A stretch of DNA of 64,000 nt from Trichoplax adhaerens (taxonomy: Eukaryota > Animalia > Placozoa). The position numbers and the translations under genes are program-made. Each line of letters starts with the position of its first letter. Position 1 is the stretch's first letter. Under the pieces are notes generated by a model. The model was not told where the DNA came from and made no database searches. It was given only the letters and a program-made list of their open reading frames with translations. Shown here one piece after another: positions 37,195 to 50,300 of this stretch. The DNA lies in contig NW_002060969.1 in NCBI RefSeq assembly GCF_000150275.1, positions 186,001 through 250,000 of the forward strand, read 5' to 3'.

Positions 37195-40100
37195 ATGGAA
37201 ACAGTTTCTGAAGGTTCAAATTTGCTCATTCAGTATAACGCTATGTTCTTTACCTTAGTATTACATCTTGTATGATCTAGAATTGAACGTATTATCGTAT
37301 TGTTGAAGGGCACTAAACGTAAACCTATGTTAATACAAATATAAGTACAGTATGAAGTACTGCATTTAGCAGAAGTCTTAAGTTAATAATATAATCTTTA
37401 TGAAACATAACGGTAGTACTGTACTAATTTGTTGAAATAACTTGTAACATCTAAAAACGTGAGACAATTAATTAATATAGTTATGATAGGCTTTTAGGTT
37501 AAACTCATGTTCGTAACTTATACTGTAACTTCACGAAACTGTGAAAGTTTGAACCATAGAAGTACGAAAACTATGGTTTGAATTTACGAAGTGTAGTTAA
37601 ACATTTATAAATAAAATAGTACAGTGAACAAACAAATGATGATAGCTATTTAGTAAAGTACCGCCATAGATAGACGTATCTGTTAATGACAAAACTTAAG
37701 TAATTATTTGGTTAGCGCATGGTAAATCTTAACTTATAGGAATCGTTAGCAATACTGTACAGGACTAGCTACTAAGCGTGAAGCAATGCAGTAGTTTGAA
37801 ATTCTGAGCTTGAGGTAGTCACTGAGACTCACCGTCTCTGCCAAAGAGCGTCATCATTAATGGGCGTTGCTACAGAATTTTTACTAAGTTAAGAAATATT
37901 GCGCAGCACTTCAATATAAAGATAATGGATTATTAATTAATTATAATTGAGCATAATCGATATATAAAGAAGCTCAGAAATATTGCTAAGCATTCGTGTC
38001 GGCATTGATGGCGAACTTGCACATTTCTAACGTCGACGCATTGCTGCAGTTATTACTATATCAATAAATGATTATTTTCAAAATTTGTGAATTTACTGTA
38101 TTTATTGCGAAATGATACATTGTAGGTAGCTCCAATGCCAGTGGCTTAACTCCGATGAATGATTCTGGAAATTTTCAAGACATAGAAAAATATCGTATGC
38201 TATCGATTGCAGGTCAGGATCAGAGTTAATGACCTATCATACAATGGAATGGCGTTATATAAATTGCTAACGATAATGCAATTTACTGGCTATTACTAGT
38301 AAAGTATTGTAAAGACAATAGAATCCTACGTAGCTATACTGTAATCCTACATTCGAAACACATACGAGTATATAGTGTTGCACCAGTTACAGTTAGTTAA
38401 ATTTTATATTTATGTCCACCTATACCTTAACAGTGTATTACCCAGCATTTTTTATCTGAAAGAATCAATTTTGAATTACACCCTCACACTTACAGTCAAT
38501 TCGCTCTCATCTTGTGTAAAATGTGACTTTTCCATTTACTACACAATTAGTCTGATGTATGGGTCTAGAAATTAACACGTATTCCTTTTAAAATTACACT
38601 GGTAATACTGATTTTATCATTATTAATGGCATTGACTACAGTACTCTGCACTATAAGTTAGTCATAAACTATTTTCTTTGCAGTTGTCCAGATTTGGATA
38701 ACTTAACATGATTTAAACATTCAACTCTGCAAATAACTGGGATATCAGTAGTACGTTATTTAACGAAGTATCAAACAAACTAGTTCTATCTATTAAATAA
38801 AGTTAGTTCTTTGCTTTGCTTAATAATGTACCATCCGATTAGTAACTTGAAAATGCAGTCTATGTATGTGCAAAGGCAAGAGGCTAATGAAATGAATGAT
38901 ATAACTTAGTAATATAAATAGGTCAACTTTTACTTGCTGTTTATATTTACAATCATTGTGTGTGAAGACGAATAGTGAGTACCAGGAACCCCGAGTATGA
39001 AATCGAATAATCCAAAACTATCCGTAATCGTTCGATTGTACTCTGAAATTAAATTCGAAAGCATATCTAATTACTTATCTAGTAACGAAATTATAATTCA
39101 CCTGTTACCAGCTCTTTCTTACGATAAAATTATGCTAATCGTAAACACAATATCTGTATGCCATCGATAATTTAAATTAATTAAGTGAGTCGTATTTACA
39201 GCTTTGTATTTTAATTAATTAATGTAAGAAATATGCAAATACTGTATGCAGCATTGCGGTGGCTATGCTGAAGTAACAGTAACAAATTTTTTGCATTTAT
39301 TTTATTTACATGTAGGAGATGATAGAAATAGTCGAAAATTGATATTGTTTTACAGTTGTCGGTTGCCTCCTGTCGCCGAAATTGAACATGAGCGCCTTTT
39401 AGAGTAATTGATTTATGAAAGAATAGAGTTTAACACCATCGTAATGGTTTCTCTTCCTTGAAAATAGATACTTGAAAAAAACGTTGGATAGCTATGTAGA
39501 AAGCGATTATTCGTTGATTTATTTTCATTATGGCTTAAATAGTAAGAATAAGCCCTCGTACACCTGGCTTATCCAAGCCTATAGAGCTTTTGATAGAAAG
39601 TTAGTAATTACTGGACTCCTATTGAATGCCTGCACGCAATCATTTCTTTGTAAACTCGATTAACCTCCTTTTACTGTAATCGTACCTAAGGTATAAAAAA
39701 AATTTGAAGGCGTTATATATTGTCCATGCAAGCAACTTCATTAAAGTAATGTTCACACTTTTGAGACCCATTATAAGGTACTACCATTTAGGGTAATTTC
39801 ATTTTAATATATAGATTCAGATAAGTTCTTTTACTTATTATTTGTATAAGTATATGCAGACTGTAAATTTGGGTTGAATCTACATTACTAAGTGTCTACA
39901 CCCTCTATTGCAAAGCCGAAAATTTGGAAGAAAAGTTCAATATATTAACCGACTCGAAGAATTAAAAGAATTTACTCACTATGATCAATTAGATATTCCG
40001 TCCGAAGTTGACGAGTATATGCGATTTATTTGTATTATGTAGCTTAATAAAGAATATGCATAAGTAATATAGCTGTAAGATGTAACCATAAATTTCATCA

Positions 40101-41839
40101 GATATGATCAACGAAAGGGTTCTAAGATCTCTCGTAATGTCTCAAATACGAATATTGGAGGTTCTTCTGTTTTTGGTGTCTCTCTGAAGCAGTAAGTAAT
40201 GTTTGTGTTAACTGAAACATTACTAAGAATGCTTACTAACTTTCTATCGCCCAATAAGACTATTGTTAAGAGAAGACAGACAGATACCGCTTATAGTAGA
40301 GCGTTGTTGTGAATATATTACCGAAAATGGTTAGATTTCTTTCTTATTCGAAACCCTGTATGTATAAGTGATAAAGTAGTACATTTCATGTACATTTTGC
40401 AGGCTTAGAAAATGAAGGGATATTTCGAAGATCTGCAAATTTCTTAACCTTGAATGACGTCAAAAACAAGTTTGATGATGGTACGCGATTTTGAAGGGAG
40501 TGTCGTAATTGAATTACAATAAATCACTATCCCTTATGTTACCTTAAATTAATGGTTCACATATATGTACGACCAATCGATGTTGCATTTAGTTGCTGAT
40601 CAAATACTCAGCAATAAATTTAAAAGTTCAATTGGCCGCGTATGTAAATCTTTATAACTGTCTAAGTATTGTTTCTAGCTTTGTAATGATAACATTTTGA
40701 AAGATTTTACTAAATTATTATCTCCATTTCAAGGAATCATACTGCATGGTATTGTAGGTATTTTAGTAGGTGTAATATAGTCAGTGTTACGAAACCCCGT
40801 ACTTATAAAAATATTACAGTACCATTCGTATACACGCGGCAGCGCAACTGTGATCCAACAATAAAGGATCAAATTCTATTTCTAGTACCGGTTCTTCTCG
40901 AAAAAGCTACCTCAGTATGTTTATTCCGAAATTTATTTATCTATATCAAGCAAGTTCTTATTAAAAATTGCTTGATGCAGGGCACAGTAACTGCCACTGT
41001 AATCTTTGCTACCGGAGATATTATGATACGAATAATTTTAGGTCTAATGACATTTTTGCGAAATATCTGAAATACATATTTCCCCAAGTTTCACAAACTT
41101 TATGATATATGTTTCACACTTAGAATTCTGCTTCTTGTTTATGTTTCTTATTTCTCGGCAGGTGAAGATGTCGAATTTGCTTATTATAATGATATCCACT
41201 TACCAGCAGTCCTATTAAAAAAGTGGTTACGCGAGCTTCCAGAACCGTTATTAACGTTTAAAACAAATAAGTTCTTGGAGTACTTTGATGGTACATAATT
41301 CTATGATTTTAATCGAAAATGATCGATTTGGTTTTTCAATAATAAATATTATTCGCTTCTATCGATTCACTTTCTAATTAGGAAATCACGATGATAACCA
41401 GATAGAAATTATTAAACAGATCATCCGTAACCTTCCTGAAGAAAATCGCGTACTTTTATGCTTTCTTCTTGACTTTTTGAAAAAGGTTAGCTAGCGTAAT
41501 ACTTCGTTAAAATTCAAATACTTTCTTAGGATTCATTATGTGCTTTCTCGAAACCTTACCTATAATAGCTGAAGATACCTTATTTAATACTTTTCGAAGT
41601 TTTGTAACAGTTTTGCAATCTCTGGCTTGAGAGCCAAAGTTGACGGTTACTACGGTTCATATTGATAGGTTGAAGCCAAATCAGATGTAAATAAGATGAC
41701 TGCGTCTAATTTAGCGATAGTATTCGCTCCGAACCTGATTTGGTGGTCGAATAGCGTAGCTTCGTTTGATAGCATAAGGCAAGCCAATAGATTAACTGAT
41801 TCTTTGATAACGAATAACTTTCTATTAAAGGATGAATAA
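37195..41839 (+). CDS. ARHGAP1: Rho GTPase-activating protein 1/8-like (Cdc42GAP; BCH/Sec14 + RhoGAP), multi-exon
   Basis: BCH domain '[82 protein letters not shown]'. RhoGAP domain '[12 protein letters not shown]' (arginine finger intact), '[13 protein letters not shown]', '[16 protein letters not shown]'. Stop at 41837-41839. The start at 37195 is tentative. Confidence 0.92.
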
Positions 41840-44299
41840 GTAAACTATAATAGTAGACTATACGGTTTGCCATTAGTATGATAGCTCAACTGTCACAAGC
41901 TAGGGTTATGGTATATTACCATTCGTAATATGATAGGTGTGCTAAAGATATTGAACATTTCAAAGACAATTATCCATCTATGACAATTTCTTTTGATGTA
42001 CCAGTAAGCTTACGGTATTATTTATCCATGTGTGAATAGGTATTATTTCAATCATGTATGAATAAAGTCATTAAAACTCAATTATCTAAACAAAAATATA
42101 ATCCCTAATAAATTGTTATGTTTCTAGTTAACTACAGTCTGATATCTCGACTTTTAAGATCCAGATTTCCTGTGTTTGGAAAAGTGCTCTAGTAATATTA
42201 AAAATGTTAGCAAATTTTACAACATATAACAGCGAGACACACATACCATCACGCTAATATGATTGATTGATAGTAGCCCCAGTCACTTTCAATTTTTTGT
42301 CTCTTATCAAACTAATTGTACTGTGATTACTCAATTTTCATAAACTTCATGTTTCGCTCCTCCCATAACACGGCTACATTCGGATACGCTTATAGTACGT
42401 TTTTAAGACGTTTCAGCTTAATTTTTCGAGTACTCCTAAAATTGTTAGACCATTAGTCCACTCTGGCTTAAATTTTTAGGATATTCATACATACAGTAAT
42501 TGCTATGACTACAAACACCGGTTATAATAACGAAATAAAGTATTTGAGCTAGTCTATCTTATATTCAAAATAAGATCTCTTATACAGAATTACTAATACT
42601 TTATTTAATCATGACAAAAGCTTATTCCAATAATTCTTTGTTGTTGCAATCGACTATGGTAACTAAATTCACTTGAATCTCTACTAATGCCAATTATATA
42701 GTAATGGACATACCTAAATCATAGCATCAGTAGTTTTCAAAGCAGTAAGCTATCTTAAATCTAAGCACCGAAAAATGTGATCAATCACCTTGAAAGTGGA
42801 GTCTTTTTGGGAATATACTACGCTATTTTGCATCGATAATAGTACGAACATAATAAAACTATGATAAAATTCTTACGCATCAGTAGTTCCAATATAAATG
42901 TTCTGCCAAAGCACAGTCCATGCATTCAATCTATATAAAATGGATAATACGTAGGCAATTGATCTGTAGAATTTTTCCATATAACATTCATTGTTCAGCT
43001 GTGGATCACCACACTATCAGGTTTTAAAGTATTTGTATAGCCTTTTGAGATGTATATCAAACGGAGTGTAGAAAAGCTGATGGTTCATATTTGCAATTAA
43101 CTGTATAAGGTAGAAGTTACGAATTTCCCGTGCAAGTATTGTGATAATCCAAAGCTAGTGAGTGTATGAAAGATAAATAGCGTCTAAATAGTTTTCCAAC
43201 TTCGGATATTTTCCTGTGCAGTGATGAAATAGATCATGTTTTTGCATTTCCAGTATAGTATGCAGATACGGTAGATGTTGCTAGCATTAATACAGTACTC
43301 GGTTATTTCATTTGCCTTACGACTACGTACCGTCTAAATTCATCAAATTTTTACTACAAGTTATTCTAGATGTATTCATAACCGTGAAATAATAACAAAA
43401 GGAACATCGATAATTATGTAATAACTCAGGTACGAGTATATCAAGTTTGTCAAATTTAGTTCATCTAAATTAGCTACATAACATCAGGCTTATACTAGAA
43501 CAAGAAAGTCAATCCTACGCAATGCAATGTTTCCATTACAGTACATTGAGTGTGAGCATGCACGAGTACTAAGTGATTAGTATTAATTGAATACCATTAC
43601 TATCGACAACTGTAAATGTACAACGCTGTAGACAGCGTGCGTCTATTCTACACTAGTATAGAATAATAGAACAGGAGTATAGTGGTGACAAAATGATTTG
43701 TTTAATTTGGAGAATTACTATCGAAATAGCAATACATTCCGTTTAATTAAGTAAGTAAAACTCGGATAGCGCAATGTTATGTAAGAGGAGAGTATTTTCT
43801 CGTTTCAAGTGAAAAATTTTTCAAAGAACAATTACCCATGTCTTGAGTTTATCTCCTAAAATTTTAAGATCCTTGAGAACTAGGATAAGGTCGAAAATTT
43901 TAGTGGCCATTTGGGGGAAGGATAGCAGGAACACATGATACGCAACAGCAAAAGTAAAAATTTAATAAAACTTTGAATTCTACCGTATTTTAATGAAAAC
44001 TAGCACACCCCCTTACTCGAAATATAATCGCGTGCTATACTCGTGCTTGTTACTTTACATACTCTATGTACTGAAAAGTACATGTCACACATGATACACG
44101 CGGACAAAATTATTTTAAATAAATAATATAATAGATTCGATTTAATTTACAAAATACGAGCTATTTGAGTAAATTCCCCATTTAATTTAGTAGAAGTGTC
44201 ATAGTATGAGATAGATATCCTCAGTACAAATGTTCTTACTAATATATGTATAGTACGGATGTGGATACTAGACACCGTGACGCCAGAATATGCGATACT

Positions 44300-44349
44300 N
44301 NNNNNNNNNNNNNNNNNNNNNNNNNNNNNNNNNNNNNNNNNNNNNNNNN
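44300..44349. other. Assembly gap (50 N)
   Basis: A run of n characters, followed by low-complexity sequence including a poly-G run. Confidence 1.
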
Positions 44350-46447
44350 TCTTTTTTAGACGGAAGGCAAATTTTTCGGAAAACGGGGGGGGGGGGGAAA
44401 GAGGATGAAGATTTTTTTCTTTAGGAGTCCCTGGTAGTACAGTATACTGTAGATGTTATGCTCATAATTATACCCGCATATAGTAGCTGTAAACTGTAGC
44501 GTAATAGAATCAGGCGATTAGTTTAGGATGTATCAGCTCTCTCTCGTCTCAGTCTATAAGTAGAAAGACATAAATCATATGAAGATTGTGGGCAGTGTGG
44601 TTCTGGAGAGACTATCGAGATCGTTATGTTCTCTAATAAAGCGATACTAGGTCAATCACGCAATACTAGGTTAGACACTGCAAAGTAGCCTGAAGCGTGG
44701 AGTCCACTTCTTTATTCTCGGTTGCCTTCGCCACAAGTGATATATATTACATACGTATTAGTAAATTACTAGTGAACGTGTCAATACAATTACGGTATTA
44801 GTATTATACGGTTATCTTATCAGTTAGGCAGCTATGCAATTTATCTGCCCTAATTCCAGACATTACCAGTCTATCATACATAACAGAGATCATAGTATAA
44901 TAATTACAATATTTCGGTATAATCGTAAATGAGACAGGCATTTAGCATCCCAGTTGTTAATTGTAAACGTAGGTGATAGACGATGAAAGAGCAGGATACT
45001 GTATGTACGTATATAGTTAAACAAAGTTCATATTACCCTAGTTAATTAGTCTACAGTAATGCAAAACAAAGCATTTGAGAATATTGAGACGTGCTACATC
45101 CGCTCCAAAGAATAGACATATAACTACAGCCTAGATACTAGATTACACCTTCAATAACGTAAATTTAGCTCAGAATATAAATATTGTACGCGTATACTAC
45201 AGTATAATGACCCGAATACATCTTATAAACGATAGCGCTGAGAAAAGCGATGTAATATTAAGAAAAGTACAGTACATCGTTTATTAAGAAGACTGATTTT
45301 GAAAGTTGCAAATTTCGATATGCAAATTCTTAAATTTTTAAAATTAGAAATCACATGCTGTATTATCATTATAGACTATAAGTCTATGAAAGCCTCTTTT
45401 TAACTTTAACGAGAAATTACTATACTATTAAATGTTATACCGTACACTGCACTACTAAATTTTATGTATTCCACAGTAAGAGATTATTCCGAGAGTATAA
45501 TTGTAACTTATGTGACATGTGTAGTAACACTGACTATGTAAAGTAGATAAGGACTACAATAATTATATTATGAAGCACTGTACTGTAGTTGCAGAGTATA
45601 CGTACTGTAGTCTTTTGCTATAATACATAGAGATGTTACACAGCTATCTCAGAATATCGATCTCGATCCTGTATTAAGTTTTCGCAATAAACCTTATTCT
45701 GAATCGTCAGCATATCGTGTTTGATTGTTATCCTATATAGTCTTGGATCTAATATACGCACATGACCTCGCACATTACAACTTACACTTTATTGTTAATT
45801 TATAATTATCAGTATTTATCGGTTACGACTCTACCTTATTTATCATGTGATGAATTTCGTCCTATCACATGTTACATGGGTGACACCAAGTATTATTTTA
45901 AAAAGTATTTAGTAAGAATCATTGCATCGTACCGATATCCGAGAAACACACCCTACATGGACGATAAATGCAAAACAACGATCTTACTGATACTTTCTAG
46001 ATGAGCTTGTACAGGAACAAGTGACAGATACCGTAGTTATTGTTTATAATTTATCGTAATATCTATATTGACCATTTCCGCCTACTTAACAATGTACTTT
46101 CCAGCGGCTTAGCTCAACTTTACTAGTTAGTAGTTTACACGCTCGAGTATGTGCAACATTATTTTACTAACAGAAGATATTTCTCTTAAGATTCCATCTC
46201 TCGTAATTATTTGGCATATAAATTGTTCATTTTACTTGATTAGAAAATATTACGTCCATCATCATTACTATATTTCAAAGTATCGTGTTGATAGTGTACC
46301 TGACGGCATCAAGTTACACTACTAAACCTAACCGTATTGATCTTCCATATACAGTAAGATTAATCGCAATACTGTATACTGTACTATATTATTGTAGACG
46401 CAGCCTAGCGTGTTGCACAGAATAGCAATATAGCATCTCCTTTGGTG

Positions 46448-46461
46448 GTTACCATGGCAAC
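46448..46461. promoter_or_regulatory. RFX X-box (GTTACCATGGCAAC) upstream of DNAH1
   Basis: Near-perfect 14-bp palindrome matching the X-box consensus GTTNCCATGGNAAC, a few hundred bp upstream of a ciliary dynein gene. A Fox-like TGTTTGT follows at ~46470-46476. Confidence 0.75.
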
Positions 46462-47330
46462 GAAATATGTGTTTGTTCATTTGTGCTGCGTAAATACATA
46501 TACGTAAATGTACGATGCTATAGCTATCTCTGGTACGGCATACAGTATCAATAAATTATATTGAATAACCAACTTGTAGTTGTTTTGATACGCGTACTTA
46601 AATTGTATGCCGTACTTGTACAATCTATCAAAGATAAAATAATATCAGACGACGACTACATCGCTAACAAGTTATTCAGTATTCCTATCTGATCAAAAAT
46701 AGTTGCTAAATTCATGTACGGTGGTATGTATCTTCAAATCTCCTATAAAAATTCCCCTGTCTTATCAAATTTGATCATATTTCCCAACGCCAATAAATAT
46801 ATATATACTTAAATTATTGCACCCAGAATTCGAACATTACTGGTTAAACATTCTGCAGTAGTAACTATATAACATCATAACATAGTCTTAAGGTGATCCG
46901 TATTGCATGCAATATCTGTAATACTTTATTTAAAAATCTTTCGCATATGTTTTCGAAAACAACCTTGCAAACGTAACCATTTCCTTTATTTTGCCTTGTT
47001 TTTATCGTACATTACGATAGCTGTTGTGTTCTATCTCAACTAACCCGTAACATAACGTGCACACCTTAACTCGACTTCTCTTACCTATATCTTAAATCTT
47101 AGTACGATGTAATTGTTGCGAACACATTCTCTGTCAACGCTCTTGCATATTATTACATCTTATATATACGATATGTATACATATATATAGGATAACTGCA
47201 TTTCATGCGATAGCATAACACTTTACAGGATTATTTAATGATAAATCTTTTAAATTAATCAAAAAATTTCCTTATGTTATGACTTTATAGCTAATATAAT
47301 ATATAAAGATTGGTAATGAACAATTTAGAT

Positions 47331-50300
47331 ATGAAAAGGGCAGAAAAATCCGAAAATCAAGACGTTCGCTCATATCCAATAATCAAACAGAGAGGATTTT
47401 ATTCCGATGTGATAGAACCTATAGCTCAAGAGCGACTAGGGGTAAATAAAATACTATTCAGAATAACACCTTGCATCAGATGCCATAGTCATATTATTAT
47501 AATAATTAAACCTGTTCAAGTTAGAATGTTTCCAATGGCCCAGATACAGAACAGAATATTGCGTGGAGTATTATAAACAACGATTACATACCATCAGGTT
47601 TGTTATCCATAAGGCATTTGTTTTATATTCCTTTCCTAATATAAAATCATTCAGTAACAGCATAAACTCACACTTTAATTCCGTGTTAGTGAATACGTTT
47701 CAAGGTCCCAATAACCTGACTACTGTCCTTCAAAACCAGATTTACGGACCGAGCTCTGCCGATTTATCAGTATCAGTAATGCTAAAATTTACTATAGCTA
47801 TTACATACATTACCCTACCAATTTAGTTTCTTGTCTAAAAATTATCACCAATTCATCACAGGACTTCCTCCTTAAATCATGGGAACCGAAAGTTCAAATG
47901 CCATTCCTAACAGCTCCTGGACAAACCCCTCGTAAAATTGAAATTGAAAGGTAATCGCTAATACCAACTACTTGGCTACGATTGTGTAAAGTATTAATGA
48001 AATTTATTTGCTAATATTTTGGATGACACTTTACTTCAACTTTGACGTATTATAATTAAAAGCCACCGTTCATAATATTTAGGAAGTACCAAGAGTAATT
48101 AATTGCAACTTCTACTTGTTCAATTTTAAAGGCAGAAGAGATTATTTGCTGTATTAGATATCGAACAACTCCTGTCAAAAGAGGGAATAGGCACTTCAGT
48201 ATTAGTACCTCCCAATGTTAAATATTCCTATGAAGATGTTAGTCTTGATGCATCTTTAAATGGCTTATCCAACTACTTGCCTCTTGAGATCTTCGATGAT
48301 ACAGATTATGATAATCGAACACCTGAGGACTGGCTATCACTAGGTAGTATTTATGATATTGTGATATAGTATTCGTTTCGTATTTGGTTCGGAAAATAAA
48401 TACAGTTTCTATATACCGCTATTGAATGGTATTATAATATAGGTAATAAAATTGGAGATACACGAAGATACCCAGTTCCTTGTAAAAGTTTAATCCCCTA
48501 TCCAGAGAAACATTACCGGTGGACTGAATGTGGAGTTCTTGATTACGATAGAGAGAGTAAACTATATAAAGTCAAAGTTATGTCTCACAGCCACGACGAG
48601 TTTGATAGTAAACTGACAGATCAGGGAATGGGCTTGGAGAGCTGTGTACACGAGTCAAAATTCTTTTGGGTAGCCCGAATACGGTTACTATTTTGTGCTG
48701 AGGATCCTGTAGCTTTTACGGCAAGAATAAAAAATGCTGTATTATCTAGAACAAAGACAGAAGGCTTGCTACGATATAATTTATACGTCGATTGCATGCC
48801 AACAGTAGGCATCGAAAGCTTAAATTGTGGTAGTTTTTCGCGTGTTATGAATTCTGTTACAGCTACTCCTTGCCCTTATCTCAAGAATATAAGGTAATGT
48901 ACCTTGTGTTGAAATCCAGTATGTTAATGAAATAAATAACAGAATTTACGAATAAGAAAGAATTATTTATAAATATAATCTCTATACCGATTTTGTAGCT
49001 TTTACTTACTTACAATGCATATGGTAGATGTTCATATTTCGTTATTATATTACGATATTAAATTTATTCATTTTAATATTAGCGCTAGCTCTAAATTAGA
49101 CAACTTACAATCAGAAATTCGTCTGGACTATGCACGCTCGATGAACGATCAGATATTTAGAAAGATTGTGAAATCATCCCCTAAGGCATTTCCTTTCGTA
49201 GTAATACCTATTGAACCCCATCGACCAACTCCAGAAAAAGGTAATATGCTAAATCTATCATAAGTCAACATCAAAGGCCCCCCTAGGTGTCTAAAAAGAG
49301 AAACTTTGTCTATTTAGGGTGTTGCGCAGATATCGCTGATTATAATTGGAAGGATAAATTTAACAGCTTTTCATTTAGTTCCTTACTAACTCGTGGGGAA
49401 GTCATTGCCGCAATAAGCAAAGTTCGTACGGAATGCAATAAGGTCGCATCAATGTCCGTATTTCATTTACCAGTAACAAAAAGCATGAGATTAGAGGAGT
49501 TTGAACAAACGCAAGCTCAAGCCAGCGCACAGGTTAGCAAAATCCATCAATATAACCTGTATGATTTTGCATAGCGTTATTTGTTTATATATTGTAATTT
49601 TTATTGTAGACCCAGCTATTTTTGCGGGATAGCTGGATATCTACACTTCGTGCTGGTATTTTATCAAGTTTAAGAGATACTGGAAAAGGCTGGTTCAATA
49701 TGGATGAAAGAAACTGGGAAGTCTATAAAATCTCTAAGCTGAAAAAATTTATGGAGATGGTGAAATTTGCTATGCAGGTCAAGATCTTATATCAATTTCG
49801 AATAGAATTGGTATCTTTAATATTTATCATAATACTGTTATCGTATGCGAATCACTTTGGATCTCACGCGTTACGTCTAATTTGTTAACAAATTCTATTA
49901 AGTTAAATTTAAATTCATCATAAATTTTTATAGGATTCTCTTCGATACTTATTGAAAGATTCTTTGAAGGCGTTTACTCAAAATTTATTAGATGTTTGCG
50001 ATAGCGTTTTAAAGTTACCGGAAAACTACGTTTGGCATGATGACCTAACTCATAGTCCCTTTAAGTATGTTTCGTTATACCATATCACGGATCAAATACA
50101 GTGACTGATATTAAAGTCTAAGAGACCATTAATAGGATTAAATAACTTTTCACTTTTCACATTTCTTGGAAGGCCCTGGAAAAATCCGCTATTTCTTCTA
50201 GATTTGGTCATCGATTCTCACGGAGTCCATTATTCGACTCCATTGGAGCAATTCGAATCGACTCTAGTGTCTTTGTTTGAAAAAGGGATTACTAGTACAT

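Noticed and set aside
44350-44420. Poly-G run suggesting a G-quadruplex
   Set aside because: It lies next to the assembly gap and is probably low-quality read end.
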